Assembly (NCBI GenBank): GCA_021784115.1 | Contig: JAJXTE010000003.1 | Coordinates: forward strand, 1,731 to 65,730 | DNA: 64,000 nucleotides | Direction: 5' to 3' | From: Pseudomonadota bacterium | GTDB taxonomy: Bacteria; Pseudomonadota; Gammaproteobacteria; Burkholderiales; Thiobacillaceae | Shown here: piece after piece, positions 1 to 11,255 of the stretch | How positions within the stretch are numbered: position 1 is the stretch's first letter | Layout: every line of letters begins with the position of its first letter | Translations under genes and position numbers: made by a program | The notes under the pieces: generated by a model | What the model was told of the DNA's origin: nothing | What the model saw: the letters and a program-made list of their open reading frames with translations, nothing else | Databases searched by the model: none

Positions 1-67
1 GGCGGACAACCCGCGGGCCCGCAGCGCCGTCCTGCGGGTGGCAGAACGCATGGATGAGGCGGCATGA
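1..67 (+). CDS. rsmH: 16S rRNA (cytosine1402-N4)-methyltransferase RsmH, 3' end (partial)
   Basis: The frame starting at nt 2 reads ADNPRARSAVLRVAERMDEAA, then TGA at 65-67. NPRARSA.LR resembles the usual RsmH C-terminus. The position directly before ftsL fits, and the stop overlaps the ftsL ATG (ATGA). Confidence 0.6.
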   Translation, partial: ADNPRARSAVLRVAERMDEAA

Positions 68-336
68 GCCGCCTCAATGTCGTTCTGGCGTTGGTGCTGG
101 TGGCGTGTGCGCTGGCGATGGTCCAGGCGCAACATCGCGCACGCACCTATTTTGTGGAACTGGAACGCCTGAAAAAAGAGGCGCGTGGGTTGGACGAACA
201 ATGGGGACAACTGCAACTGGAACAGGGCACCTGGGCCAACCCGGCGCGGGTCGATACCCTTGCAAGGACCCGACTGGGCCTGATCGCGCCACCCCATGAC
301 CGCGTGCGCATCGAAACGCTGACGAACGCGCCATGA
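64..336 (+). CDS. ftsL: cell division protein FtsL
   Basis: 90-aa ORF with one N-terminal TM helix (VVLALVLVACALAMV) followed by a charged helical region. It sits between rsmH and ftsI, with ATGA overlaps at both ends. Confidence 0.85.
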   Translation: MSRLNVVLALVLVACALAMVQAQHRARTYFVELERLKKEARGLDEQWGQLQLEQGTWANPARVDTLARTRLGLIAPPHDRVRIETLTNAP

Positions 337-2063
337 ATTACCACTCGCGCAAACTGCTCAAGCTGAATCTTGCCCCCTGGCGCATGGCGATCGTCGGCAG
401 CCTGCTGCTTGCGGGGCTGGTCGTCGTGGCCGGGCGCGCGTTCTATCTGCAGGGCCTCAATACGGACTATCTCCAGGGCAAGGGCGATGCGGTGGCCAAT
501 CGCAACCTCACTCTGCCGGCACATCGCGGCCAGGTGACCGACCGTTACGGCCAGCTGCTGGCGATCAGCACGCCGGTCGAGTCGCTGTGGGCGCGCCCGA
601 ACGAACTGCGGCTGTCGGTGGATCAGCGTGCGCATCTGGCCAAAGTGCTGGACATCTCGCCAGCGGAGCTTTCGACGACGCTGGCGCGCAAGACACGGGG
701 CGAATTCGCCGTGCGGCGTCCCGTCACGCCCGAGCAGGCCGTCAAGATTGCCGCCATGGGGCTGCCGGGCCTGTCCCTGCGCCGCGAATTTCGCCGCTAC
801 TATCCGGCGGGTGCGGTCGCCGCGCAGGTGGTGGGGTTCACCAATGTGGACGACAAGGGCCAGGAGGGCGTCGAGCGCGCGTATCAGGACTGGCTTGCCG
901 GGCGGGCGGGCGAGCGGCAGATCCTGCGCGATCGCCACGGCAACACCATCCGCGATCTGGCGCCGATCAAGACCGCGCAGATGGGCGGCAACCTGACCCT
1001 GTCGCTCGATCTCAAGATCCAGTATCTGGCGCACCGCGAGCTCGCGGCGGCCATCGCCAAGCACAAGGCCAAGGGCGGCAGCATCGTCGTGCTCGATGCC
1101 AAGACCGGCGAGATTCTCGCGCTGGCGAACCAGCCGGTTTTCAATCCCAACAACCGCCAGAATTACAAGCCGGACCTGATGCGCAATCGCGCGGTGATCG
1201 ACACCTTCGAGCCGGGTTCCACCATCAAGCCCTTTGTCGCGGCGGCCGTGCTGGAGCGCGGCCTGTTCCGCCCCGACAGCGTGATCCAGACGCCGGACAA
1301 CTTTCGCGTCGGCACCAAGCTGGTACACGACGAACACCACCATCCGCAATTGACGGTGACCGAGATCATCCAGAAATCGAGCAACGTCGGCGCCGCCAAA
1401 ATGGCAATGACCCTGACGCCGATGCAGCACTGGGAAGTGCTGCATCGCGCCGGCTTCGGCCAGCTGCCGGGCTCGGGCTTTCCGGGGGAAACCGCGGGGC
1501 GACTGCGCGATCCGGGCACCTGGAAACCGGTCGAACAGGCCACCATGGCTTACGGTTACGGCTTGTCAGTGAGCCTTCTGCAGCTGGCGCGCGCCTACAT
1601 GGCATTTGCGAATGACGGCGAAGTCATGCCGCTGTCGTTCCTCAAGCGCGAGCCCCAGGAAATCATCGGCGAACGGGTGTTTTCGCCGGCCGTGGCGCGG
1701 GAAGTGCGCGCCATGATGGAAACGGTAACCCAGGAAGGCGGCACCGGCACGCTGACGCGGGTGCCGGGTTACCGCGTCGCAGGCAAAACCGGCACCGCGC
1801 ACAAACTCGTCAACGGCCGCTACGCGCCCGATCGCTACCTCTCGTCCTTCGTCGGCATGGCGCCGGCATCGAACCCGCGTCTCATCATCGGCGTGACGAT
1901 CGACGAGCCCTCTGACGGCGTGTACTACGGCGGCAGTGTGGCAGGGCCGGTGTTCGCACAGGTGATGGCCGCGAGCCTGCGCATGCTGGCGCTGCCGCCC
2001 GACGCGCCGGAAACCGAGACGAAGATGACGGAAAATTCATGGCCGGCCAAGGGGGGCGCGTGA
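333..2063 (+). CDS. ftsI: peptidoglycan D,D-transpeptidase FtsI (PBP3)
   Basis: 576 aa with an N-terminal membrane anchor. Penicillin-binding motifs are present: STIK (EPGSTIKPF), SSN (QKSSNVG) and KTG (AGKTGTA). Position fits the dcw cluster. Confidence 0.95.
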   Translation: MNYHSRKLLKLNLAPWRMAIVGSLLLAGLVVVAGRAFYLQGLNTDYLQGKGDAVANRNLTLPAHRGQVTDRYGQLLAISTPVESLWARPNELRLSVDQRAHLAKVLDISPAELSTTLARKTRGEFAVRRPVTPEQAVKIAAMGLPGLSLRREFRRYYPAGAVAAQVVGFTNVDDKGQEGVERAYQDWLAGRAGERQILRDRHGNTIRDLAPIKTAQMGGNLTLSLDLKIQYLAHRELAAAIAKHKAKGGSIVVLDAKTGEILALANQPVFNPNNRQNYKPDLMRNRAVIDTFEPGSTIKPFVAAAVLERGLFRPDSVIQTPDNFRVGTKLVHDEHHHPQLTVTEIIQKSSNVGAAKMAMTLTPMQHWEVLHRAGFGQLPGSGFPGETAGRLRDPGTWKPVEQATMAYGYGLSVSLLQLARAYMAFANDGEVMPLSFLKREPQEIIGERVFSPAVAREVRAMMETVTQEGGTGTLTRVPGYRVAGKTGTAHKLVNGRYAPDRYLSSFVGMAPASNPRLIIGVTIDEPSDGVYYGGSVAGPVFAQVMAASLRMLALPPDAPETETKMTENSWPAKGGA

Positions 2064-3544
2064 TGGCGAAGACGCAACCCGTTTCCGCCTCGGCTGCATC
2101 CCGCGCCATCCATGAATCGGTGCCGCACATCCTGGAGCGGCTCGGCATTGCAGTCGGCGGGCTCGTCGGCGACAGCCGCAAGGCCATGCCGGGTACGGTG
2201 TTCGCAGCCTATCCCGGCGAGACGCGCGACGGACGCGACTTCATCGCGCAGGCCGTGGCGCAACGCGTCGACGGCGTGCTGTGGGAGGCGGATCACTATC
2301 AGTGGGATCCGGCGCTCGCCATGCCCAACGCCGGCGTGGTCGGCTTGAGGACCCGCATCGGCGAAATCGCCGCGCATGTCTACGGCGATCCGTCGCGCGC
2401 GCTGCACATGGTCGGCGTCACCGGCACCAACGGCAAGACCTCGGTGGCGCACTGGATCGCGCAGGCCTTCTCGCAGGTCGGCCGGAAAACCGCCGTTATC
2501 GGCACCGTGGGCAACGGCTTCCCGGGTGCGCTCACTCCGGCGCTCAATACCACGCCCGACGCCATCGAATTGCAGCAGCGTCTCGCCCATTACCGGCAGC
2601 AGGGCGCCGCAGCGTGCGCGATGGAGGTGTCGTCGCACGGGTTGGCGCAGGGGCGCGTCAACGGCACCCGGTTCAATGTCGCGGTGCTGACCAATCTGTC
2701 GCGTGACCATCTCGATTATCACGGCAGCATGGAGAACTATGCCGACGCAAAGGCCCGGCTGTTCAGCTGGCCCGGACTGGAATGGGTGGTGGTCAACGTT
2801 GACGACGAGTTTGGGCGACGGCTGGAGGGCGAGACCCGGCCCGCGCGTTTCGCCGGCTATGGCTTCCAGCGGGGCGCCGTGGTGGGCGAAAAGCTGCACC
2901 TCTCGCAGGCGGGACTGCACCTGCAGGTCCGCACCGACTGGGGCAATGCCGAGTTCGACGCGCCCCTGCTCGGGCGCTTCAATGCCGCCAACCTGCTGGC
3001 GGTGCTCACGACCCTGCTGGTGTCCGATGTGTCCCTGGCCGACGCCTGCCAGGCGCTGGCGCACGTCGAGGCGCCGCCGGGGAGGATGCAGACCCTCGGC
3101 GGCAACGCGCATCCGCTGGTCGTCATCGACTACGCCCACACGCCCGACGCGCTGGAGAAAGTGCTGGCCACGCTGCGCGAAGTCGTCGGCGGCGGACGGC
3201 TGATCTGTGTGTTTGGATGTGGCGGCAACCGCGACAAGGGCAAGCGCCCGCTGATGGGGCGGGCCGTCGTCAAGGGTGCGGACGAGGCGTGGGTCACCAG
3301 CGACAACCCCCGCAACGAGGATCCGCGTCACATCATCGATGACATCCTCTCCGGCATGGAGGGCAAGCCGCATGTCGAGCCCGACCGTGCGCGCGCGATT
3401 TTCGAGGCCATTGGCGGCGCGCATCAGGGAGACGTCGTGGTGATCGCCGGCAAGGGTCATGAGGATTATCAGGAAATCGCCGGAGAGCGATTGCCATTCT
3501 CCGATGTGTCCGTGGCCAAGAAGGCATTGGAGGCGTGGGCATGA
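2063..3544 (+). CDS. murE: UDP-N-acetylmuramoyl-L-alanyl-D-glutamate--2,6-diaminopimelate ligase
   Basis: Mur ligase P-loop GVTGTNGKTS and a DNPR motif (TSDNPRNEDP). I chose the ATG at 2063, which overlaps the ftsI stop (TGATG) and follows a G-rich SD. The ORF is open back to 2039. Confidence 0.93.
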   Translation: MAKTQPVSASAASRAIHESVPHILERLGIAVGGLVGDSRKAMPGTVFAAYPGETRDGRDFIAQAVAQRVDGVLWEADHYQWDPALAMPNAGVVGLRTRIGEIAAHVYGDPSRALHMVGVTGTNGKTSVAHWIAQAFSQVGRKTAVIGTVGNGFPGALTPALNTTPDAIELQQRLAHYRQQGAAACAMEVSSHGLAQGRVNGTRFNVAVLTNLSRDHLDYHGSMENYADAKARLFSWPGLEWVVVNVDDEFGRRLEGETRPARFAGYGFQRGAVVGEKLHLSQAGLHLQVRTDWGNAEFDAPLLGRFNAANLLAVLTTLLVSDVSLADACQALAHVEAPPGRMQTLGGNAHPLVVIDYAHTPDALEKVLATLREVVGGGRLICVFGCGGNRDKGKRPLMGRAVVKGADEAWVTSDNPRNEDPRHIIDDILSGMEGKPHVEPDRARAIFEAIGGAHQGDVVVIAGKGHEDYQEIAGERLPFSDVSVAKKALEAWA

Positions 3545-4935
3545 GCGCAAGGATGATGCGCCTGTCAGAAGCCGCCGCCATGCTGGGCACCTCGTTCGCG
3601 GGTGCAGATGCCGAGGTGCTGCGTGTCTCCACCGATAGCCGCACGATCCGGCCGGGTGACCTTTTCGTCGCGCTGCGGGGCGAGAAATTCGACGGCGGCA
3701 GTTTCGCTGCGCAGGCCTTGCAGCAGGGCGCGGCCGGTGTGGTGCTCGACCGCACGCAGGCGCGGGACATTGCGGCAGCCATTCGCGTCGACGATACCCG
3801 GCTTGCGCTTGGCAGGCTGGCCGCCGCCTGGCGCCAGCGCTTTGCCATTCCGGTCGTCGCCGTCACCGGCAGCAACGGCAAGACCACCGTCAAGGAGATG
3901 CTGGCGGCGATCCTGCGGATTGAAGCCTACTCGGGTGATGCGGTGCTCCATACCGAAGGCAATCTCAACAACGACATCGGCCTGCCGCTGATGCTGCTGC
4001 GCCTGCGCGAAACACACCAGTTCGCCGTACTGGAAATGGGCATGAACCATGCGGGCGAGATCGACTACCTGACACGCCTGGCCAGGCCCGACGTGGCGGT
4101 GGTCAACAATGCGTTGTCGGCGCATATCGGCTTTCTCGGCTCGATCGAAAATATCGCGCGCGCCAAGGGCGAGATCTTCAACGGGCTGTCGGACGCCGGC
4201 ATCGCGGTGTTCAATGCCGACGATGCTCACGCCTGGCTGTGGCGTGAAGCCAATACGCGGCGCTGCGTGATCGACTTCGGCCTCAGGCGGCCGGCGGCGG
4301 TGCGCGGGCACTATCAGGCCGCCAACTTCGGTTCGACGCTCACGCTTGCCCTGCCCAACGCCACCCTGGACATCGCGCTTCAGGTTCCGGGCGAACACAA
4401 CGCGATGAATGCGCTCGCGGCAGCGGCGGCGGCATTCGCGCTCGACGTCAGCCACCGCAGCATCGTTGCCGGGCTGTCGGGTTTCACGGGCGTCAAGGGC
4501 CGCCTGCAAAGGAAGCCCGCATTGCATGGAAGCACCTTCATCGACGACACCTACAACGCGAATCCCGATTCGGTGAAAGCCGCGCTGGCGGTGCTGGCGC
4601 AACAGCCGGGCAAAAAAGTGCTGGTGCTCGGCGACATGGGCGAACTGGGCAGCGATGCCGCCGCGATGCATGCCCAGATCGGTCTGGCCGCCCGCGCCGC
4701 CGGCGTGGACAGGCTGCTGGCGCTGGGCGAACTCACGAAGGAAACCGTCGGCGCCTTCGGTGCGGGCGCGATGCACTTCGAGCGCATCCAGGAACTGCTC
4801 GCCGAACTCGAAAACGAGCTCACGCCCGACACCACCGTGCTGGTCAAAGGTTCGCGTTTCATGCAGATGGAACGCGTGGTGCAAAGCTTCATTGAAGACC
4901 CGGCGGCTTCGCGGCCCGGGCACGAGGAACCCTGA
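3541..4935 (+). CDS. murF: UDP-N-acetylmuramoyl-tripeptide--D-alanyl-D-alanine ligase
   Basis: Mur ligase P-loop VTGSNGKTT and the expected dcw position. The ATG at 3541 overlaps the murE stop (ATGA). A GTG at 3535 is an alternative start. Confidence 0.95.
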   Translation: MSARMMRLSEAAAMLGTSFAGADAEVLRVSTDSRTIRPGDLFVALRGEKFDGGSFAAQALQQGAAGVVLDRTQARDIAAAIRVDDTRLALGRLAAAWRQRFAIPVVAVTGSNGKTTVKEMLAAILRIEAYSGDAVLHTEGNLNNDIGLPLMLLRLRETHQFAVLEMGMNHAGEIDYLTRLARPDVAVVNNALSAHIGFLGSIENIARAKGEIFNGLSDAGIAVFNADDAHAWLWREANTRRCVIDFGLRRPAAVRGHYQAANFGSTLTLALPNATLDIALQVPGEHNAMNALAAAAAAFALDVSHRSIVAGLSGFTGVKGRLQRKPALHGSTFIDDTYNANPDSVKAALAVLAQQPGKKVLVLGDMGELGSDAAAMHAQIGLAARAAGVDRLLALGELTKETVGAFGAGAMHFERIQELLAELENELTPDTTVLVKGSRFMQMERVVQSFIEDPAASRPGHEEP

Positions 4936-4936
4936 C

Positions 4937-6022
4937 ATGCTCCTGTGGCTGTTTCAATATCTGGGCCAGGATATTCGTGCCTTCAACGTATTCAATTACC
5001 TGACGCTGCGTGCGGTGCTGGCTACGCTCACCGCACTGACGATCTCCTTCGTTGTCGGCCCCGCCGTGATCCGCAAGCTCACGGCGCTGAAAATCGGCCA
5101 GTCGGTGCGCAGCGACGGTCCGCAGACCCATCTGGTCAAGGCCGGCACGCCGACCATGGGCGGCGCGCTGATCCTGGTGTCGGTTGCCGTCACCACCCTG
5201 CTGTGGGCGGATCTGTCCAACGACTATGTGTGGTTGGCGCTGATCACCCTGCTCGGCTTCGGTATCATCGGCTGGGTCGACGACTGGCGCAAAGTGGTCG
5301 AGAAAAATTCGCGCGGCCTGCCCTCGCGCTGGAAATACTTCTGGCAGTCGGTGATTGGCCTGGCGGTCGCGGCCTACCTCTGGCATAGCGCCAGCCTGCC
5401 GGCGCACACCGCACTCATCATCCCCTTCCTCAAGCACGCCACGGTCCCGCTGTCGGCCGCGGGCTTCATCGCGCTGACCTATTTCGTCATCGTCGGCTCC
5501 AGCAACGCGGTTAATCTCACCGACGGTCTCGACGGGCTGGCGATCCTGCCGACCGTGATGGTGGCGTCCGCGCTGGCGATCTTCGCCTACGTCGCCGGCA
5601 ACGCGGTGTTCTCGAAGTATCTCGGCTTGCCGCACATTCCCGGCGCGGGTGAACTGGCGGTGTTCTGTTCCGCGATGGCGGGCGCGGGGCTTGCCTTCCT
5701 GTGGTTCAACGCCTATCCGGCGGAAGTGTTCATGGGCGACGTCGGCGCGCTGGCGCTGGGTGCCGCGCTCGGCGTGGTTGCCGTCATCGTGCGGCAGGAG
5801 ATCATCCTCTTCATCATGTGCGGCGTCTTCGTGGTGGAAACCCTGTCGGTGATGGTGCAGGTCGCGTCGTTCAAGCTCACCGGCAAGCGCGTGTTCCGCA
5901 TGGCACCGATTCATCATCACTACGAGCTCAAGGGCTGGAAGGAAAACCAGGTGGTGGTGCGATTCTGGATCATCAGCATGATGCTGGTGCTGATCGGACT
6001 TTCGAGTCTGAAACTGAGATGA
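4937..6022 (+). CDS. mraY: phospho-N-acetylmuramoyl-pentapeptide transferase
   Basis: Polytopic membrane protein beginning [12 protein letters not shown], with the [13 protein letters not shown] motif. The listed ORF 4655-6022 carries a spurious N-terminal extension that overlaps murF. Confidence 0.95.
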   Translation: MLLWLFQYLGQDIRAFNVFNYLTLRAVLATLTALTISFVVGPAVIRKLTALKIGQSVRSDGPQTHLVKAGTPTMGGALILVSVAVTTLLWADLSNDYVWLALITLLGFGIIGWVDDWRKVVEKNSRGLPSRWKYFWQSVIGLAVAAYLWHSASLPAHTALIIPFLKHATVPLSAAGFIALTYFVIVGSSNAVNLTDGLDGLAILPTVMVASALAIFAYVAGNAVFSKYLGLPHIPGAGELAVFCSAMAGAGLAFLWFNAYPAEVFMGDVGALALGAALGVVAVIVRQEIILFIMCGVFVVETLSVMVQVASFKLTGKRVFRMAPIHHHYELKGWKENQVVVRFWIISMMLVLIGLSSLKLR

Positions 6023-7425
6023 GTTACAGCAGCCTCGACCTTCCCGGCAAAAAGATCCTGGTGCTCGGCCTCGGCGACACCGGCTTGTCGTGCGCACGCT
6101 GGCTGGCTGCGCGCGGCGCCGACGTGAGTGTCGCCGACACCCGCACGACGCCGCCGCATGCGGTGCGCCTGGCCGAGTGGCTGCCGCAGGTGCCGCTCAT
6201 CACCGGACCATTCGACGACGCGCATCTGCAGGCAGCCGACATGCTGGTGGTGAGCCCCGGCATTCCGCTGGCCGAGCCGGCAGTTGCCCGCGCCATCGCG
6301 GCAGGCATCGAGGTGGTGGGTGACGTCGAACTGTTCGCGCGCGCCACTCGTGCGCTCAATGCCGCGCGGCAGCACCCGATGCGGGTGGTCGCGATCACCG
6401 GCAGCAACGGCAAGAGCACGGTCACCGCAATGTGTGGCGACATGTGCCGCATGGCGGGACTGTCCACCTGCGTGGCCGGCAACATCGGCCTGCCGGTGCT
6501 GGATGCCCTGTATGAGATCGAGCAGGGGAACACGCCCGCGCCGCAGGTCTGGGTGCTCGAACTGTCCAGCTTTCAGCTTGAAACGACGTCGAGCCTCAAT
6601 GCCGATGCCGCCACCGTGCTCAACCTGTCGGAAGACCATATGGATCGCTACCCCGACATGGACGACTACGCGGCAGCCAAGGCGCGGATTTTCAGCGGCG
6701 ATGGCGTGCAGGTGGTCAACCGCGACGACGCGCGCAGCCTCGCCATGGCGCTGCCGGGCCGGCGCGTGGTGAGCTTCGGCCTCGACCGTTGCCCCAAGAA
6801 CGAGCATTTCGGCCTGTGCGAAGACGAACTGTGTCTCGGCGGCGACATGTTGATGCCGCTGTCCGCCTTGCCGGTGACGGGCTTGCACAATGCCGCCAAT
6901 GCGCTCGCGGCGCTGGCGCTGACCCGCGCGCTGGGCTTGCCGATGGAGGCGCTGCTGCGCGGCCTGGTGCATTTCAAGGGGCTGCCGCACCGGGTGGAAA
7001 AAGTCGCCGAGATCGATGGCGTGACCTGGTATGACGATTCGAAAGGCACCAACGTCGGTGCGACCGAAGCCGCACTGTACGGCATGGGCGACCGCAAGGC
7101 GGTGGTGATCCTCGGCGGCGACGGCAAGGGGCAGGATTTCAGTCCCCTCAAGGCGGCGGTGGCGGCCAACGCCCGCGCCGTATTGCTGATCGGCCGCGAC
7201 GCCGGACTGATTGCTGCCGCGATCGCGGACAGCGGGGTCGAGGCCTATCCGGCAGCCAGTCTGCAGGATGCCGTCGAGCACGCGCGGCGCCTCGCACGGC
7301 CCGGCGATGCCGTCCTGCTGTCGCCCGCCTGCGCCAGTTTCGACATGTTCCGCAACTATGTCCATCGCGCCGAGGTGTTCGTCGAAGCGGTCAACCAGAT
7401 GGCTGCGGAAAGGACGGGGCAGTAA
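6019..7425 (+). CDS. murD: UDP-N-acetylmuramoylalanine--D-glutamate ligase
   Basis: Starts [24 protein letters not shown] (Rossmann-type N-terminus) and has P-loop ITGSNGKST. The ATG overlaps the mraY stop (ATGA). Confidence 0.95.
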   Translation: MSYSSLDLPGKKILVLGLGDTGLSCARWLAARGADVSVADTRTTPPHAVRLAEWLPQVPLITGPFDDAHLQAADMLVVSPGIPLAEPAVARAIAAGIEVVGDVELFARATRALNAARQHPMRVVAITGSNGKSTVTAMCGDMCRMAGLSTCVAGNIGLPVLDALYEIEQGNTPAPQVWVLELSSFQLETTSSLNADAATVLNLSEDHMDRYPDMDDYAAAKARIFSGDGVQVVNRDDARSLAMALPGRRVVSFGLDRCPKNEHFGLCEDELCLGGDMLMPLSALPVTGLHNAANALAALALTRALGLPMEALLRGLVHFKGLPHRVEKVAEIDGVTWYDDSKGTNVGATEAALYGMGDRKAVVILGGDGKGQDFSPLKAAVAANARAVLLIGRDAGLIAAAIADSGVEAYPAASLQDAVEHARRLARPGDAVLLSPACASFDMFRNYVHRAEVFVEAVNQMAAERTGQ

Positions 7426-8582
7426 TGCTTTACACGGCGCGTGCCCCCAAACCCAGTGGCGAGCTCGATTTCAGCCTTCTATGGCTGGCCATGGGGCTGC
7501 TGGCGATCGGCCTGGTGATGGTCTATTCCGCGTCGATCGCGATTGCCGAAGCCGCCCGCTACACCCACCACAATGGCGAGTATTACCTGTTGCGGCAGGG
7601 AATTTTCATCGCCATGGGCGTCGGCGTCGGCGTGGCCGCGTTTCGGGTGCCGATGCGGGTGTGGCAGCAGGCCGCGCCCTATCTGTTCCTTGTCGGTCTG
7701 CTGTTGCTGGTGGCCGTGCTGATCCCGCATATCGGACGCGAGGTCAACGGCAGCCGCCGCTGGATACCGCTCGGCTTCGCCAACCTGCAGCCGTCCGAGC
7801 TGATGAAGTTCCTCGCCGTGCTGTACGCCGCCGACTACACCACGCGCAAGGCCGCCTTCATGCACGACTTCAAGAAAGGCTTCCTGCCGATGGCTGCGGT
7901 CATGCTGGTCGTCGGCGCGCTGCTGCTGCGCGAGCCGGACTTCGGTGCGTTCGTCGTCATCATTTCCATTGCGATGGGCATCCTGTTCCTCGGCGGGCTG
8001 AACTGGAAAGTGTTCGCCGGACTGGTGGTGGTGCTGCTGATCGGCTTCGTTCTGCTGATTCTGACGTCGCCCTACCGGTTGCAGCGCGTGCTCGGCTTCA
8101 TGGATCCGTTCGCCGATCCCTATGGAAAGGGCTATCAGCTGTCGCACGCACTGATCGCATTCGGTCGCGGCGAATGGCTCGGTCTCGGCCTGGGCGGCAG
8201 CATCGAGAAGCTGTTCTATCTGCCCGAGGCGCACACCGATTTCCTCATGGCCGTGATCGCCGAAGAGTTCGGCTTCGTCGGCGTGGCGGTAGTGATCGCC
8301 CTGTTCGCCTGGCTGATCGTCAAGGCCTTCGTCATCGGTCATCGCGCCGCGCAGCTCGAGCGCAATTTCTGTGCGCTGGTGGCGCAGGGCATCGGCATCT
8401 GGATCGGGGTGCAGGCCCTCATCAACATGGGCGTGAACGTCGGCCTCTTGCCGACCAAGGGCCTCACCCTGCCTTTCCTGTCGTTCGGCGGCAGCGGCAT
8501 CGTCGCCAATTGCCTGGCGGTCGCCTTGCTGCTCCGCATCGACTGGGAACACCGGCAGATGATGCGGGGGAAAACCTTCTGA
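7425..8582 (+). CDS. ftsW: SEDS-family peptidoglycan glycosyltransferase FtsW
   Basis: 385-aa multi-TM protein with FtsW/RodA-like sequence throughout. It sits between murD and murG. The start overlaps the murD stop (TAATG). Confidence 0.95.
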   Translation: MLYTARAPKPSGELDFSLLWLAMGLLAIGLVMVYSASIAIAEAARYTHHNGEYYLLRQGIFIAMGVGVGVAAFRVPMRVWQQAAPYLFLVGLLLLVAVLIPHIGREVNGSRRWIPLGFANLQPSELMKFLAVLYAADYTTRKAAFMHDFKKGFLPMAAVMLVVGALLLREPDFGAFVVIISIAMGILFLGGLNWKVFAGLVVVLLIGFVLLILTSPYRLQRVLGFMDPFADPYGKGYQLSHALIAFGRGEWLGLGLGGSIEKLFYLPEAHTDFLMAVIAEEFGFVGVAVVIALFAWLIVKAFVIGHRAAQLERNFCALVAQGIGIWIGVQALINMGVNVGLLPTKGLTLPFLSFGGSGIVANCLAVALLLRIDWEHRQMMRGKTF

Positions 8583-9673
8583 TGGTCGCGCTCAACCGCA
8601 CCCTGATGGTGATGGCCGGTGGCACCGGCGGCCATGTCTACCCCGCGCTGGCCGTGGCCGACGCGCTGCGCACCCGCGGCTGGGAGGTGTTCTGGCTGGG
8701 CACACGCGCCGGGCTGGAGGCGCGCGTGGTGCCCGCGGCCGGAATCGACATGGTGTGGGTGAGCGTGGGCGGCGTGCGCGGCAAGGGCGTGGTGAAGAAG
8801 CTGCTGTTGCCGGTCACCCTGCTGGTCGCCTTCTGGCAAAGCCTGCGCGCCATCCTGCAGCGCCGCCCGGACGTCGTGCTCGGCATGGGCGGCTACACCG
8901 CCTTCCCCGGCGGCATGATGGCGAGCCTGCTCAGCAAGCCCCTGGTCATCCACGAACAAAATTCGGTCGGCGGGCTGACCAACCGCGTGCTGGCCTGCCT
9001 GGCCGACCGCGTACTGACCGCCTTCCCCAAGGTGTTCACCCATCCGCATGACAAGCCGATTCCGTGCCGCCGGGTGGCGGCCGAATGGGTGGGCAATCCG
9101 GTCCGGACCGACATCGTCGCCGCCACGCCGATGGCGCATACGGGCCCGCTGCGCCTGCTGGTGGTCGGCGGCAGCCTCGGCGCGCAGGCCCTGAACGAAC
9201 GGGTGCCGCAGGCGCTGGCGCTGCTGCCCGCGGACACGCGTCCTCGGGTCGTCCATCAGTCGGGCCGCCAGCATCTCGATGCCCTGCGCGCGAACTATGC
9301 CGCAGCCGGCGTCGAGGCCGACGTGCGCGACTACATCGAGGATATGGCGGCGGCCTACCGGGATTGCGATTTCGCCATTTGCCGCGCCGGCGCGATGACG
9401 GTGGCCGAACTGGCGTGTGCCGGCGTGCCCGCAGTGCTGGTGCCCTTCCCCTTCGCGGTGGACGATCACCAGACGGGCAACGCCGAGTTTCTCGCCGATG
9501 CCGGCGCGGCCTGGCTGATCCCGCAGAAGGACCTGAGTGCGGAAAAACTGGCCGCGCTGATCGGCGGCCTGGATCGCACCATGCTCGCCACCATGGCAGA
9601 CAAGGCGCGCGCGCTGGCCAAACCCGATGCGACCAGCCGGGTCGCTGATATTTGCGAGGCACTGGCGAAATGA
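8582..9673 (+). CDS. murG: UDP-N-acetylglucosamine--N-acetylmuramyl-(pentapeptide) pyrophosphoryl-undecaprenol GlcNAc transferase
   Basis: Begins [26 protein letters not shown] (MurG G-loop). The ATG overlaps the ftsW stop (TGATG). The listed ORF 7211-9673 is an out-of-frame upstream extension. Confidence 0.95.
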   Translation: MVALNRTLMVMAGGTGGHVYPALAVADALRTRGWEVFWLGTRAGLEARVVPAAGIDMVWVSVGGVRGKGVVKKLLLPVTLLVAFWQSLRAILQRRPDVVLGMGGYTAFPGGMMASLLSKPLVIHEQNSVGGLTNRVLACLADRVLTAFPKVFTHPHDKPIPCRRVAAEWVGNPVRTDIVAATPMAHTGPLRLLVVGGSLGAQALNERVPQALALLPADTRPRVVHQSGRQHLDALRANYAAAGVEADVRDYIEDMAAAYRDCDFAICRAGAMTVAELACAGVPAVLVPFPFAVDDHQTGNAEFLADAGAAWLIPQKDLSAEKLAALIGGLDRTMLATMADKARALAKPDATSRVADICEALAK

Positions 9674-9810
9674 AACACGCCGTCAAGCACATCCACTTCG
9701 TGGGCATGGTCGATCCGAGCAGGGAGCAGGGTTCCCGCTTGCGGGATGCGACCGGCCGCGAGGGGCGCCGGATGCCTGCGTCGGGCCTCTGCACGGGGGC
9801 GCACAGCTGA
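9670..9810 (+). CDS. hypothetical 46-codon upstream ORF created by the duplicated murC start
   Basis: Translates to [46 protein letters not shown]. Its ATG overlaps the murG stop (ATGA) and its TGA overlaps the real murC ATG (TGATG). There is no evidence that it is translated. Confidence 0.3.
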   Translation: MKHAVKHIHFVGMVDPSREQGSRLRDATGREGRRMPASGLCTGAHS

Positions 9811-9847
9811 TGAAACACGCCGTCAAGCACATCCACTTCGTGGGCAT
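9670..9847. repeat. perfect 38-bp direct repeat (9670-9707 and 9810-9847) flanking 102 bp of unrelated sequence at the murG/murC junction
   Basis: ATGAAACACGCCGTCAAGCACATCCACTTCGTGGGCAT occurs twice, 140 bp apart. The sequence is the first 12 2/3 codons of murC. Confidence 0.95.
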
Positions 9848-11255
9848 CGGCGGGGTCGGCATGAGCGGCATCGCTGAAGTGTTGCTGAATCTGGGGTATG
9901 CCGTCTCAGGATCGGATCTCGCCGACAATGCAGTGACGCAGCGGCTGGCTGGGCTCGGTGCGCGCATCCAGCGTGGCCATGCGGCCGACCATATCGCTGG
10001 CGCCGATGTCGTGGTCACCTCGACCGCGGTGCAGGAGGCCAACCCCGAAGTCGTCGCCGCGCGCGAGAAGAAGATCCCCATCGTGCCGCGCGCCCTGATG
10101 CTGGCCGAGCTGATGCGGTTGCAGCGCGGCATTGCGATCGCCGGCACCCACGGCAAGACCACCACCACCAGCCTCGTCGCCAGCATTCTGGGCGAGGCGG
10201 GCATGGATCCAACCTATGTGATCGGCGGCAAGCTCACCGCGGCCGGCACCAACGCGCGGCTGGGACAGGGCGATTTCCTGGTCGCCGAGGCCGACGAGTC
10301 CGATGCCTCCTTTCTGTATCTGACGCCGGTCATTGCCATCGTCACCAACATCGACGCCGACCACATGGACACCTACGGCCATGACTTCGAGCGCCTGAAA
10401 ACCGCATTCGTCGATTTCTGCCAGCGCCTGCCCTTCTATGGCATGGCCGTGCTGTGCGTCGACGACCCGCATGTCCGCGAAATCCTGCCGCGCATCACCA
10501 AGCCGATCACCACGTACGGCTTCAGCGAGGCGGCGCAGGTGCGCGCGACGAACCCGCGCTTCGAGCACGGGCAGATGCATTTCACGGTCAAGCGCGAAGG
10601 CATGGCGGATCTTGACGTCGTGCTGAACCATCCCGGCATGCACAACGTGCTGAACGCCCTGGCGGCGATTGCGGTGGCGACCGAGGTGGGCGCGAGCGAC
10701 GCGGCCATCGTCAGGGCGCTGGCCGAGTTTCATGGCGTCGGCCGGCGTTTCCAGCGCTACGGCGAGTTGCCGACGAAGGACGGCGGAACGTATTGCCTGG
10801 TCGACGACTATGGCCACCATCCGGTCGAAATGGCAGCCACGCTGGCCGCCGCGCGCGGCACCTTTCCCGGGCGGCGGCTGGTGCTGGTGTTCCAGCCGCA
10901 CCGCTTTACGCGCACCCGCGACTGTTTCGAGGATTTCGTGAAAGTGCTCTCGGAAACCGACGTGCTGGTGCTGACCGAGGTGTATTCCGCGGGCGAGGCG
11001 CCGATCGTCGCTGCCGACGGGCGCGCACTCGCGCGCGCGGTGCGGGTGACCGGCAAGGTCGAGCCGGTATTCGTGGAAAACGTCGCCGACGTGCCTGCAG
11101 TGGTGCGCGACCTGGCACAGGCCAACGACGTGGTGTTGGTGATGGGCGCCGGCAGCATCGGCCACGTGGCGCCGGGTCTGGCAGCACACGATTCCCCGGG
11201 CGCGTCAGCGTCCAGGGGATCGCCATCCCGTCCGGGGGACGGCCATGCGGCATAA
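9810..11255 (+). CDS. murC: UDP-N-acetylmuramate--L-alanine ligase
   Basis: [30 protein letters not shown] is a typical MurC N-terminus, and P-loop [10 protein letters not shown] is present. The second copy of the repeat continues in frame into MurC; the first copy does not. Confidence 0.92.
   Translation: MKHAVKHIHFVGIGGVGMSGIAEVLLNLGYAVSGSDLADNAVTQRLAGLGARIQRGHAADHIAGADVVVTSTAVQEANPEVVAAREKKIPIVPRALMLAELMRLQRGIAIAGTHGKTTTTSLVASILGEAGMDPTYVIGGKLTAAGTNARLGQGDFLVAEADESDASFLYLTPVIAIVTNIDADHMDTYGHDFERLKTAFVDFCQRLPFYGMAVLCVDDPHVREILPRITKPITTYGFSEAAQVRATNPRFEHGQMHFTVKREGMADLDVVLNHPGMHNVLNALAAIAVATEVGASDAAIVRALAEFHGVGRRFQRYGELPTKDGGTYCLVDDYGHHPVEMAATLAAARGTFPGRRLVLVFQPHRFTRTRDCFEDFVKVLSETDVLVLTEVYSAGEAPIVAADGRALARAVRVTGKVEPVFVENVADVPAVVRDLAQANDVVLVMGAGSIGHVAPGLAAHDSPGASASRGSPSRPGDGHAA

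Noticed and set aside
7211-9673. ORFs that look like giant fusions or N-terminally extended genes (7211-9673, 5701-7425, 4655-6022, 39821-42253, 28927-30630, 60386-62491, 44642-45262)
   Set aside because: Only the 3' portions match the expected proteins (murG, murD, mraY, OMP, OMP, tkt, DUF971). The upstream parts overlap the preceding gene in another frame, or in one case run through the tRNA. Internal starts with SD sequences and stop/start overlaps were used instead.
9708-9809. The 102-nt insert between the murC-start repeats, considered as a MITE, REP element or IS remnant
   Set aside because: I saw no terminal inverted repeats and no transposase fragment. The 38-bp flanking repeat is too long for a typical target-site duplication. 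The element's nature is left open in the findings rather than called a mobile element.
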